A DNA stretch of 64,000 nt from Octopus sinensis (Eukaryota): assembly GCF_006345805.1 (NCBI RefSeq), contig NC_043006.1, positions 67,704,001 to 67,768,000 on the forward strand, written 5' to 3'. Positions 1 to 14,033 of this stretch are shown here, piece by piece. Every line of letters starts with the position of its first letter. Position 1 is the first letter of the stretch. The translations under genes and the position numbers were made by a program. The notes below the pieces were generated by a model. The model had not been told where the DNA came from. It did not search any database and saw only the letters and a program-made list of their open reading frames with translations.

Positions 1-371
1 AGCTTTACTGCAGCTTGATGCTCTTCTGATCACCAACCGTCTCTAGCTATTTGGTACTCTGCCATTTTGGCTAACTGTAACCTCCTGTCATTGACCTGCT
101 AGCTGGTCATTCAGTACTCTATTGTCTTAAACAGCCACCTCTACTATCCACTGACTTCTCGTCTACTCACCCAGTATCCTAAGAGCACAATGAACCCGGG
201 GTCATTATTCCCCAAACCCTGTGGCCATTATCAACCCTTGTTATTATTAAAGTGTTGGTCTTTGTTTTGTTCCGATTTCTTTCTATTTAGAGATATATCT
301 TTTACTTTTTATGTTTTAAAAATGAACTCATTTTGTAGTTGGTGTCTGTTTTCTTTTTTTATTTCTAACAG

Positions 372-521
372 GATGCCGAGAAAAGAAGTCCGCTCCATGC
401 TGCAGCTTTCTGCGGTGACCCAGAAATCACCGAGCTATTGCTCCAGAATGGGGCACGTGTCAACACAAAGGACAATCGATGGCTAACTCCTCTCCACAGA
501 GCTTGCTGTTCGAAAAATGAT
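372..521 (+). CDS. ANKRD28: ANKRD28-like exon a (150 nt, phase 0-0)
   Basis: tttctaacag|GAT ... GAT|gtaagt; [50 protein letters not shown]. Confidence 0.95.
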
Positions 522-3500
522 GTAAGTATACTCTGATTTCTCACCTGCTCACACTTGGCTGTCACCTGGGTATGGTGACATCTTAGTACCCAAGGTACAG
601 ACCTTGCATATTGTTGGGTCTTCTCTGCTGGGTGCATTTTTGACTTTCATTGCTCCATCTACCAACACGAGCATGGCCTTGTGGTTAAGAAGTTTAGTCC
701 ACAGCCGTGTGGTTTTAGGTTGGATCCCACTGTGCAGCACCTACCAAACCAACCAGTACCCTAATTATTCTTTCTACTATAAGCACAAAGCCTGAAATTT
801 TGTAGAAAGGAGTGTCATTGATTGCATTAACCCCAGTTGTACTTATTTTATCAACCTTGGAAAAATGAAAGGCAAAGCTGACTCTGGCAGAATTTGAACT
901 TAAGATGTAAAGACTAATAATAAAAATAGTTTCAGATTTTAGCACAAAGCCAGCAAATTGATTCCATCAACCTCCATTACTTGACTGATACCTATTTTAT
1001 TGATCTCGAAAGTATGAAAAGCAAATTTTGAACTCAATGTAAAAGGTTGGAAGAAATGCTGCTAAGCACTTACTCATATGTGCTAATGATTCAACCAGCT
1101 TGCCACCATCATAATAATAATAATAATCCTTTCTACTATAGGCACAAGGCCTGAAATTGGGGGTGGGGCAGAGACCAGTCAATTACATTGACCCCAGTGT
1201 TTTACTGGTACTTTATTTATCAACCCTGAAAGGATGAAAAGCAAAGTCAACTTCAATGGAATTTGAACTCAAAATGCAGCGACAGGCAAAATACCTATTT
1301 CTTTACTACCCACAAAGGTCTAAACACAGAGAGAACAAACAAGGACAGACAAACGGATTAAGTTGATTATATCAACCCCAGTGCGTAACTGGTACTTATG
1401 TAATTGACCCCGAAAGGATGAAAGGCAAAGTCGACCTCGGAATTTGAACTCAGAACGTAGCGACAGACGAAATACTGCTAAGCATTTCACCCAGCGTTCT
1501 AACGTTTCTGCCAGCTTGCCTGAAATTTTGCAGGAGAGAGCTAGTTGATGGCATTGACCCCAGTGCTTAACTGGTATTTATTTAATTGACCCCCAGAATA
1601 ATAACAATTGCTACTTTTTTAAAACTTTGGCTTGCTTTTAATGTTCTATAGATCTATTCATTGTTCAAATTTGTTTTACAGGACGTCGTTGAGTGTCTTC
1701 TTAGACATCAGGCTGATGTTAATGCCCGAGATAAAAATTGGCAGACTCCTCTCCACGTTGCAGCTGCAAACAATGCCGTAAAATGTGCAGAATACTTGAT
1801 TCCCATGTTAACCAATGTAAATGTGTCTGATCGTGCAGGGCGCACAAGTTTGCATCATGCAGCATTCAATGGACACATAAAGGTAAGCAAATAACACAAC
1901 CACCACCACCACTACAAACAACAACAACAACAACAGTGTGTGCATCACAGTATGACAAGAACCCAGGTTTAACCCACACTTGCTAGATGGGATCTCCCTC
2001 TCTCTCTCTCTTAAACAGCTTCCACATTGGTGTGGACACAGGCATGCACTGGTTAAGAAATTTGTTTTACTGTCATCATGTCTTGGATTCACTCCCATTG
2101 TGTGGTATCTTGGACAAGTCTTTTACAAAATCCTTGTGTCAGCCCCACAAGTCTTGTCAGTGAAATTCATCATCATCAATTAATGTTCATTTTCTGTGCT
2201 AACATGGGCTGGACAGTTTAACAGGAGCTGGCAAGGCTAGAAATCAACCCAGGTTCCATAGTCTGTTTTGGCTGGGTTTCTACAGCTTCATGCTCTTTTT
2301 AATGCCAATCACAAGGTTAATTGTAGAGGCCCATCAAATAGATTCAAATAGATCGTACCTGTAATTCTAAAGTCCAGCCTTGTCACATATATTCCCACAG
2401 AAAAATCTGCAGTATTTTTGCCACATTATCAAGACCTAGAACCTCTCTGCTGACATTCTTGGATTGTTAGAAAACAAGATTGTGAGTGACACACACAGAT
2501 AGTGATGACAAGGATGAGACAGGGAGGATCCTGGTAGCAGTGCATGGCTGTGGCATGAGACTGCAGTATTTGGCTAAGAATGGAAGTTGTGTCTGAGGCA
2601 CCCCCAACCCTCAATCATGACAACGAACATATTCACACATGGATTCATTCATTTATGTTTGTGTGTGTATAAGTATCTGTTTATATATGTGTATGCATAT
2701 ATGTGTCCGTATGTCAATGTATGTATAAGTATGGTGTGTGTATATGTGTATGCATATGCATGTGTATTTCTTTCAGTGTATGTGTGTGTATAATAATAAT
2801 GAAATTATTGTTTACAGTGCTCAGGTGCACCACAACTTGTCAAAAGTGCATATAAAACATATGTAGTAATGTACAAATGTCTGGAAAGTGAACAGTGTAT
2901 GAATCAGATACATGCTTGCATGTGTATGGAGGGGAGAAAATCAGGTGTAGTGTTGGCGAATCAGGAAGCATGGAAGTATGGAAAGATGCAGTGCTCCGAC
3001 CACTAACAACTGATGCCGGCAGTTTGTTCCATACTTCAGCAACTCTTGGCGTGAAAAAATGTTTCCAAAAGTCATGGGAGCTGTGCTGTTTTCTGACTTT
3101 GTAAACATATCCACAGGTGTTAGACAGGTGGAGTTTGAAAAGAGTTATTGTTAGTAAGATGGTTAATAATTTTATGGGTGTCTGCCAAGTCAGCTGCCAG
3201 ATGTTGAAGTTTCAATGTATCCATGCCCAGGGAAGTAAGGCGTTCAGAATATGGAAAATGCCTGATGCAGGGTATTCTCTTGGTTGCATGTCGTTGAATG
3301 GTTTCCAGATGATTAATATCCTGGGCAAGATAGGGGTTCCAGACCGGTGATGCAAATTCCAGGTGAGGCCGCACCATAACCAAATAAAGCCTCAAATAGA
3401 TAGCCGGAGAGCATGTATATGTGTATTTGTGTCAGTGTCTATGTATGTGTGTCTATGCTTATGTAATTCTGAGTCAATGTATACATATGTGTGTATTTGT

Positions 3501-5215
3501 GTGTGCATGCATATGTATGTGTATTTGTGTCAATGTATGTGTCTATGCATGAGTATATCTGTGTCAACATATATACATGCATGTATTTGTGTGTGCATAT
3601 GTATTTGTGCCAATGTATGTGGATGGATGTATGTATGTATGTATATGGATGTATATATATGTATATCTAATGTTCCTTTGACCACATTTTCTCTCTTCTG
3701 TTTCTCCTTTTCTTCATCCCAGATGTTGCAGCTACTGCTTGAGAAAGGTGCAACAATAAATGCTTTCGACAAGAAGGACCGGAGAGCCATCCACTGGGCA
3801 GCGTTCATGGGACATGTGGACATGGTGCAGATGTTAGTAGAACACAATGCTGAGATCAACTGTCGCGACAAACTGGTGAGGATTACTTTTTCACAATTAT
3901 CACTATGCTCCACCAACCCTTTTCTTTTTTATGACCATCAAAATGTTTCAGTTTGTCCCACCCTCACCTCTTTTATTTTTCATAGTATATTTTTCATCTT
4001 GCTTCCCAAGCCTGTGGTTTTGAGTTCAACCCCACTGCATGAGACCTTGCATATGTGTCATCTACTATAGCAGGGGGGGGGGGGTCACCAAACTTTTTTC
4101 GCAGTGGGCCAGATAACTGAGTGAATGACAAGCGCAGGCCACATAACCATATTGTAAAATACAATAGAGTGAATACACAAAAAATAGACAATCAACATAT
4201 TTATTTACCAAACGTTATCAAAGAAGGCGATGTTAGCAATAAGATCGTCATATCACACTCAGTGCGCACATATCTGAAACTCACAAGCTAAGCAGTAAAA
4301 AAGGTTAGTAAGATTTGTGAAATTGGTGTTTAGCTTTTAGAATATCTCCTTCCTTGGACACTAAACTCTGCTTGCGAAGACCTGTTGAGGCAAGTGAAAT
4401 CAAAATCACATTCGATGACTGACATCCATACTAGCGGGGTGCAAAGAGCACCATACGAGCATGATTGTTGACAGAGCAGCTAACTGGCTTCCATGTCAGT
4501 GGCACATAAAAGGTACCATTCAAGTGTGATCGTTAGCAGCGTCGCCTTACTGGCACTTGTGCCTGTGCTAGGAGGGTGCCAAGAGCACCCTCCGAGCGTG
4601 ATCGTTGCCAGAGCAGCCAACTGGCTTCCGTGCCGGTGGCATGTAAAAGGGCACCATTTGAGCGTGATCGATACCAACGTCGCTTTACTGGCACCTGTGC
4701 TGGTGGCATGTGTACAAAGATTCGAGCGAGGTCGTTGCCAGTACCGCCTGACTGGCCCCCGTGCCGGTGGCATGTAAAAAGCACCCACTACACTCTCGGA
4801 GTGGTTAGCGTTTGGAAGGGCATCCAGCTGTAGAAACTTTGCCAAATCAAGATTGGAGCCTGGTGCAGCCATCTGGTTCGCCAGCCCTCAGGCAAAATCG
4901 TCCAACCCATGCTAGCATGGAAAGCAGACGTTAAACGATGATGATGATGATGATTAATATTTGCTTTGGAATTGCTTCATCCAACCAAGAGAATTGCTTT
5001 CAAATGTTCATCAGTCAACCTCGTTTGCTGTGCTGACTTCACATTCTTTATTTTTGAAAATGTTTGCTCATTGCAGGTACTTATACAAAAGGTACTGTGC
5101 AGCAGTAGTTTGGTGACCCTTGTACTATTGTCTTGGGTCAACCAATCCCTTGTGAGTTGATTTGGTAGACAGAAACTGGAAGAAGTCCATTTTATATGAT
5201 TATGTAGTATATCTA

Positions 5216-5296
<81 letters not shown>

Positions 5297-5347
5297 CATA
5301 CATATGTGTGTATATATATATATATGTATATGTAGTATATCTATGTA

Positions 5348-5403
<56 letters not shown>

Positions 5404-8400
5404 GGCACAGGAATGGCTGCATGGTAAGAAGATTGCTTCCCAACCACATGGTACAGTGTTCAGTGCCACTGTGTGGAACCTTGGGCAAGTGTCTTCTATT
5501 ATAGCCCTGGGTTGACCAAAGCCTTTAGTGGATCTGTTAGACAGAAACTGAAAGAAGCCCGTCATATATGTGTATTCGTGTCTCCTTTTCTTGGCATTGT
5601 GTGGTTGTTGTAAAATGATTGTCACCATCATAGAAGCAGTGTACTTAATTTACAGTCTTCCATAAAAACATATCTGGCCATGGGGATAAATATTACCTTG
5701 CTTGGAAACAAGTGTGGGTTGGTGACAAGAAGGGCATCCATTCAGCATGGAGGTAGAAAATCTGCCTCAATAAGACTTCATCTGACCCATGCAAGCATGG
5801 CAAAATGGATGTTAAAGCAATGGTAAAACAATAACGAATTTGTGCAGGCATCACTGAGTAGACACAGAATTCACTTCTTAATGTGATCGTGAGGTCTAGC
5901 TTACTGTGTGGAACTTTGAGCAAGGGTCTTCTTCTATTAAATAGTTTCTGTCTACCAATTTTACTCACAAGGCTGACCAGTGTCTTGTGAATGAAATTGT
6001 TACACAAGCTGTATGAAAGCCAGTCGTGTGCATTTGTGGATGTTTACATTCCGTGTCTTTCAATGAAAGCATTTAGCAAAATATGGTGACATTATTTTGA
6101 CATTCCCTGTCAACAAAGGCTGTTTATCAAATAGGCACAGGCATGATTGTGTCGTAAAGAAGTTTGCTTTGCAATTACATGGTTTCAGGTTCAAACCCAC
6201 TGCACACCACTCAGGACAAGTATTTACTGCAATAGCCCCACAACAATCCCTTGTGAGGGATTTTTGGTTGTTAAAATTTTGTAGAAGCCTGTTTTGTGTG
6301 TGTGGGGTGTCATTGTGTTTGTACCCCCATTGCTTGACATTTGATGTTGGTTTGTTTACATCCCTGTAGATTAGCAGTTTGGCATAGGTGACCAATAGAA
6401 TAATACCAGACTTTAAAAAATAAAGAACAGGAATCGATTTGTTTGACTAGATCCTTCAAGGTTCTGCTCCAGCATGGCCACAGTCTAATGACTGAAACAA
6501 GTAAAAAATAAGATAGCTATGTGCTTTCAAAGATGATTAGAAGAAAAAAATCACTTTCTCAAAAAAACAAAAGACAAATGAGGGTTAGTGATGAGACGAA
6601 CATCTGTCTATTAAATATTGTCTCTTTAAGTATTCCTCCAACCTACACGAGCAGGAAAAACAGACGTAATACCCCCCACCCCTCAAAAAAAAGGAGGTAA
6701 TTTAATCCTTTTGATACCACTCACTTTTTATGTTACCAATTTACAAAATTTAAAAACCTTCTGATCTGAATTTAAATTTTCCTTCTTAATTTTATGTAAA
6801 TAGATTCTGTTGTGTTGCAGACACCATCTTAATAATAGAGAAATTATTTTACTAAATCCATTCTAATTCTTGATTATTTTCAAATTTAATCAAAACATAT
6901 AGGGGGAGTATTTACTTAGAAATAGTTAAAGAAGACTTAAAGAAAATTTGGCTGCTATTTTTAGCAAGTCATCTGATTATGTAGTCTCTACATCTGTGAC
7001 TGGAGTATGTAAGTCTTCATGTGTGTCTGGTGGTGGGGTTGTATGGTTAAGAATTTCCTTCCTGATCATGAGGTCTTGGGTTCAGTCCCATGCTGAGCAA
7101 GTCTCTACTGCTGTAACCACAGGCTAACCAAAGCCTTGTGAGTGGATTTGGTCGACAGAACCTGAAGGAGGAGGCCTGCTCTGTGTGTGTGTGTGTGCAC
7201 ACGCATATATCTCATTGTGTATATGCCTGTGTGTGTTTGTGTGTAAATGAGCATAACCATCATATAAGCGATGTTGTGCATTTCCAGTCTTCTATAGGGA
7301 ATTATTACTTTGTTTGGAAAAGGTGAGGATTGATGACAGCAAAAGCATCCAGCTGTAGAAAATGTGCTTCAACAACTTCCATCTGACCCATGCAAGCATG
7401 AAAAAGTAGATGTTAAATGAAAATGATGATACATACATATATATACACACACATATACAATTATTTTATGTCTGTTTTCGATACTTGAAAGCAGTGCTCC
7501 TGCATGGCCACAGTCCAAAGGCTGATAGGAAACACCTAAAAATTTGTCTTGTAGTAAGGAATCGCTTACTAGGCTTTTCTGGAGAAGACACTCTTTGATA
7601 GACTGGCTAACTATCCAGGTGAAGATTGATCTCCTCTGTCTGTTGCTATGACATTCAGCAGTTGAATACTGGCAGTTGTCTGGTGAATCAACCAAGACTA
7701 AAGTGATGGATTAAGGTCAGAGCTTAGCTTAGGATTTACTTAAATTGTACGGAATTGCTTACTAGGCTTTTTCTGGAGGAGACACACTTTGATAGACTGC
7801 CTAACTATCCAGGTGAAGATTGATCTCATCTGTCTGCTGCTATGACATTCAGCAATTAAATACTGGCAGTTGTCTGGTGAATGAACCAAGAATAAAGTGA
7901 TGGATTAAGGTCAGAGCTTAGCTTAGGATTTACTTAAAACAGCCTTTTAACAAGATTATAATCTCATTAATAAGAATTCTCAAATATATTTAGTTGCATA
8001 AAGCAGTCAGTCTGGCTTATATCTATCATATTAACAGAATCCAATGACAAATGAATGTGAAGAATTTCAGCATATTTTATGGCTCCTGATCAACCTTGAT
8101 ATTAAGCAGACCTGCAATCAGAAATGTTCCAAACATTATCTTTTATCTTCTACTTATTTCTGTCATTGGATTGCAGCTATGCTAAGGCACTGCCTTGAAA
8201 GGTTTAGTTCAGTGGTTCTCAACCGGGATCCATATGGCTCCTGAGGGTCCATATAAGATTTTGGAGGGGTTCATCATCATCATCATCGTTTAACGTCCGC
8301 TTTCCATGCTAGCATGGGTTGGACGATTTGACTGAGGGCTGGCGAACCAGATGGCTGCACCAGGCTCCAATCTTGATCTGGCAGAGTTTCTACAGCTGGA

Positions 8401-11400
8401 TGCCCTTCCTAACGTCAACCACTCTGAAAGTGTAGTGGGTGCTTTTATGTGCCACCGGCACGGGGGCCAGTGAGGCAATACTGGCAATGACCTCGCTCGA
8501 ATCTTTTTACACATGCCACTGGCACAGGTGCCAGTAAGGCGACGCTGGTGATAATCACACTCGAATGGTGCCTTTTAAGTGCCACCGGCACGGGAGCCAG
8601 TTAGCTGCTCTGGCAACAATCACGCTTGGATGGTGCTCTTAGCACCCTGTTAGCACAGGCACAAGTGCCAGTAAGGTGACGCTGGTAACGATCACACTCA
8701 AATGGTGCCTTTTATGTGCCACTGGCACGGAAGCTGGTTTGCTGCTCTATCAACAATCACACTCGTATGGTGCTCTTTGCGACCCGCTAGCACGGCACAT
8801 AGCATAATAGTAAATTGAGGGTCCACAATAGAATTTAAGAGGCTCTTAGATGTATGTATTGGTATGTATAACAAGAAACATTAGGATTCTGAAAAAGTTT
8901 GGGAACCACTGCTTTAAGTGATAATGAATATTATAAGGTATGTAATAAAGATTTCTACCTTCACCGTAAATGTTCTGCCATCAAAAGTGTCTTTTTTATA
9001 ATTTATGCTGTCTCTCTCTCTCTCTCTAACTTGGTGTTTCAGATGTACACTCCACTCCACACGAGCTGTGCAAATGGGCAGGAAAATGTCGTCAAGTTGC
9101 TCTTGGAATTGGGTGTAGAGGTTGATGCTGTGAATGTCTATGGCAATACTCCGCTTCATGTCGCCTCTCTCAATGGCAAGGATCTGGCGGTACGAGAGTT
9201 GATTCTCTACAATGCAAACATCAATTCTGTGAACCACAGAGGCATGGTGAGTACTGGTCAAAACCTCCACCTCTATCTCCTCCTACTACTATTCCTCTTT
9301 CTCCTGTTCTGGCATCTTCAGAATATCTAGTTCAAACTCTAAACTTTAATTCTTTTTTCTTTTATTTATTGCTATTGCTGATGTTTTGGGTTTCTTTTTT
9401 TTAATTTATTTTCAACTTAAACTTTACAGTACAGATTATTGCTTACACACACACACATCCACGCATTTGCAGGCGCAGGAGTGGCTGTGTGGTAAGTAGC
9501 TTGCTTACCAACCACATGGTTCTGGGTTCAGTCTCACTGCGTGGCACCTTGGGCAAGTGTCTTCTACTATAGCCTTGGGGCAACCAAAGCCTTGTGAGTG
9601 GATTTGGTAGACGGAAACTGAAAGAAACCCGTCGTGTGTGTGTGTGTGTATATATAGATATATATGCATGTGTATGTATATGTTTGTGTGTCTGTGTTTG
9701 TCCCCCCAGCATCGCTTGACAACCGATGATGGTGTGTTTACATCCCATAACTTAGCGGTTCAGCAAAAGAGACCGATAGAATAAGTACTAGGCTTACAAA
9801 GAATAAGTCCTGGGCTCAACTAAAGGCAGTGCTTCAGCATGGCCACAATCAAATGACTGAAACAAGTAAAAGAGTAAAGAGTATACCCACTTGCATGTAT
9901 ACACACACACATATCCACACATTTGCATGCACCCATTTACGCATACATACGCTCTTGCACACATGCATATTCATTTCATGTGTGCACACACACACACACA
10001 TTACATCAATTTCTATTTTCTAGATTTGTCAACTTTGTCACACACACACATACACACTCTCAGCCACATACAAAAACATCCACTCGCAAACATTAATTTA
10101 TCAACTGAAAATTTTCTTAACCTTTGTAAGTTTTGTCTCTCTTTGTATTTTTGGCACTTGACCCTGTAAAATGAGCTGTAAAAACTGCTAATTCCATTTA
10201 TCGTTTGATGGTGGGCTGAGTCACTCATGTCATTTATACTGTGCTGTTTCATATAATATAAATTGCACCCATCTACATTATGTATATGTAGGTAAAATGC
10301 ACAGAAGTACTTTTATTATGCACCAACTCCAGAAACAGCTGTAAAGAACTATCTACACTTTGCTATTCAGCACTTAAAAAATTTTCACCAGTGATCCTCT
10401 GGATTTTACTTACCTATTCAAGTTGAGTCAACATGAAGGGTCTCTCAAATTATTTTCCTGGATTTGTACCCATCTACTCTAAATCATTATGACCTTTCAC
10501 CCTCTGGATTATATTTATGTATTTTTATTCTCTCCTCTGTATGAATATGCTATAAAAGATTTGATGCCTTCAATTGCCAGTTCATAATTTATTCTATTCT
10601 ACCTATTATATATATAATCCAAAACCAACTTGTCTTACAGACTCCTTTACACTATGCTGCTGCATCAACCCATGGTGGTATGTGTCTTGAACTCCTCATT
10701 AAGGCAGGTTCTGATCCCAAAGTCCAGGTAAATTAAGGACTATTTACTTACTATTTATTGACCATCTTGTTCTGTTTACCATATTCCATTCCCTAACTGA
10801 TCCCATTTTATGATATTTAAGCAGGGCTGAAGCTGTTGTCTGGGTCATCAGTTTTATGAAATAAACCAGTGGTCTTTGACCGGGGTCCATATAAAATTTT
10901 CTTACAATAAATTGTTTATATTACTGCTATACACAAAATATTTTGATAATTTTTTTTATATAATTTCTAATAATATTTTAAATATATAATAAGATTTTTT
11001 TTTAAACGTTGAATATTTATGATGCCTAGAAAAATCAAAAGGGTCCCTAGGTAAAGAATGGTTGAGAAACATTGAAATAAACCTTACCTTCATCCCACCC
11101 CCTCCCAGCACCACTACTACCAACCCTAATACATTACACTGTTTGAGGGGTTACCGTCTTACTGTTTTCTGTGAGATGAGTTTTCATAGCGTTTCTAGAA
11201 TATGGGTTACAAAATCTTTGTATTTGTGTGTGGTTAAAAGTTCACTTTGCAACCACATGGTTTTAAGTTCAATCCTTCTGCATAGCACCTTGGGCAAGTG
11301 TCTTCTACCATTGCTTTAGCTTCACGAGTGCTTTGTACGTGAAATTTGGTCGATGGAGATTGTATGGAAGCCCATTGTAAATGCATACACACGTGTGTGT

Positions 11401-13991
11401 GTTTGTCTGTGTGTTTTTATATTGGCACCACTTGACCAGTGGTGACATTTATGTCCCCTGTAAACAATACTACCTCCCCCAACCCACTCAGCTCTTTGAC
11501 ATGCTGAAAAGATTGGAATAAATGTACCTTATACAGGCATGGCTGTGTGGTAAGAAGCTTGCTTCCCAACCACATAGTTCAGGGCTCAGTCCCATTCCAT
11601 GGCATCTTAGGCAAGTGTCTTCTACTATAACCTCAGGCTGACCAAATCCTTGTGAGTGGATTTGGTAGATGGAAACTGAAAGAAGCCCATCCTTTATGTA
11701 TATGTATATATCTGTGTTAGTGTTTGTCTCTCACCACCGCTTGACAGCCAGTGTTACATCCCTGTAACTTAGCAATTCAGGAAATGAGATCAATAGAATA
11801 AATACCAGGTCTAAAAAAGTAAGTCCTGGAGTTGATTTGTTCAACTAAAACCCTTCGAGGTGATGCTCCAGCATGGCTGCAGTCTAATGATTGAAACAAG
11901 TAAAATACACTCCTTCTTCGGTACTACAGACTAAAGACGGGGAACATCAGTTCAATGAAACCAATTGTCCACAGGTACCGACACTAAGGTTAGGTTATGC
12001 TACAAGTGGCTAATATCAACAATTACATTACGAAGGACAGAGGAATAAATAGAGTACTGTACTTTTAATCAAGCACTCTATGCAATCTAACAATGTAAAA
12101 TACCTGTATACTATAAATATACACTTATGATACAGGAAGTTCAACATTTTTAATTTAAAATCAGACTTACCATGGATGGTGAAGAGGTGTTGTTGATATG
12201 CCATGATTTTGTTTGCTGCTTCCGAAATCCGTTAAAGGGAGGTCCGTAGTACTGAGGTATGAGTGTATATAAAAAAAAGATATATATATATATATTAAAA
12301 ACAAATTATGTAATAGAGTTGAATGGGCTAGTTTGGAAGGGGATCAAGGATTAAATTTAATTAGTGTTTCCCACTAATTCAGTGTCTTCTTTTGAACAAA
12401 CATCCTGTATCTTTCCTTCAGACATCACTGGAATCATTCATAAACTTGTTTGTACAGCCGTTCCTCCATTCATATATTCATCCATGTCTCTTGTTGTACA
12501 CTCTTCTCTTCAGTGCACTCCCCATGTCTGCTTTCAATGTAGTCGCAACCATAATTGAGTTAGCTGTTTAGATGTGCAACTAGTCACTCCTTGGATGCAG
12601 TCCCCCTGTAAAATGTCTGTTAGTCTTCCTCACTTCTGTGTCTATTTCATGTTTCTCCTTTCGACTCTTTCTTTCATCTCTCTCTTTCATGTATATATAT
12701 AGATATAGACATGTGTTAATGTTTGTGTTTATGTATAACGACAAACCCTAGTAAACTGAAGGATCACTCAATGCCTTTGAGTACCATATTTATATTATTA
12801 TACAGTAATCCGTCAATTATCACGGGTGTTACTTTTCAAAATCCCCCGCAACAGGTGAAAATCTGCAAAGTAGAAACAGTACTGTACTGTATATTTTAAA
12901 AATTATTTTTATAATTTGTGTATATTTATTTTATTATAAATACAAAACAACACCACAGAGAAATCAACGTAAGTTTAAATAATAAACTGCGATAGGTGAA
13001 CCACAATATGCTGAAGGATTATAGTATTTCACAAGGCAAAAGGTTGGCATTTCATTCAAAATTTCAGCATTATGGACTGTCTGAGGGACAGTCCATAATT
13101 AAAACTTGGAAGTAGCTCTCAACATTTTCTTCATTAGACTGGCATTGCTGGAGCACTGCCTTGAATTATTAGTCAATTGCATCAACTCCTCCAGTACTTA
13201 TATTTTGTTTTTAAATCTTGTACTTATTCTATCGGTGTCCTTTGCCAAACTGCTAAGTTATGGGGATGTAAACACACCAAATCCAGTTGTCAAGTACAGG
13301 TGGGGCACAAACACAATGACACACACACAGATATGTATATATGTATACAACAGGCTTCTTTCAGTTTCCATATAGCAAATCCCCTCACAAGGCCTCAGTT
13401 GGCCTGAGGCTATCGAAGACACCTGCTCAAGGTGCCACAGAGTGGGACTGAATCCAGTGCCTCTAATATATCAGTGTGTCTTTTATGTCATCAATAACAC
13501 TTTGTGTGTACACACATACATATATATATATATGCATGCATATATGACTGTTTTGTCCACTTTCCAACCACATGGGTTTCAGATATTTAATCCCATTGTG
13601 TGTCACCATGGACAACGGCTTCTGACCAATGCCTTCTGTGTCAATTTGGAAAGCAGAAACTGAAAGAAGACCAATGTCACATACATTATATATATATATA
13701 CACACACACACACACAACACACACACACACATAATGTGTGTTTACATTTCCAATCACTTTTATAAAAGTCACGATGTGTGAGCACTGTTGTTCTAGTCAG
13801 TTCTGCTGCCAGATCCAATCTATGTAGGATTTGAGATTATTTACTTGACTAGCGGGGTTAACAACAGAGCGTCCAGCTATAAAGCCTGACTCAATAACAT
13901 TCCTCTGACCCATGCAAGTATGGAAAATATATGTAAGATGAAATGCCTCTGCCTATATCTATGTATATTCATCTATCTATCTATCTATCAT

Positions 13992-14033
<42 letters not shown>

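Noticed and set aside
3363-4070. 235-aa ORF as a whole gene
   Set aside because: Only 3723-3875 is ankyrin-coding and bounded by splice sites; the rest is microsatellite read-through
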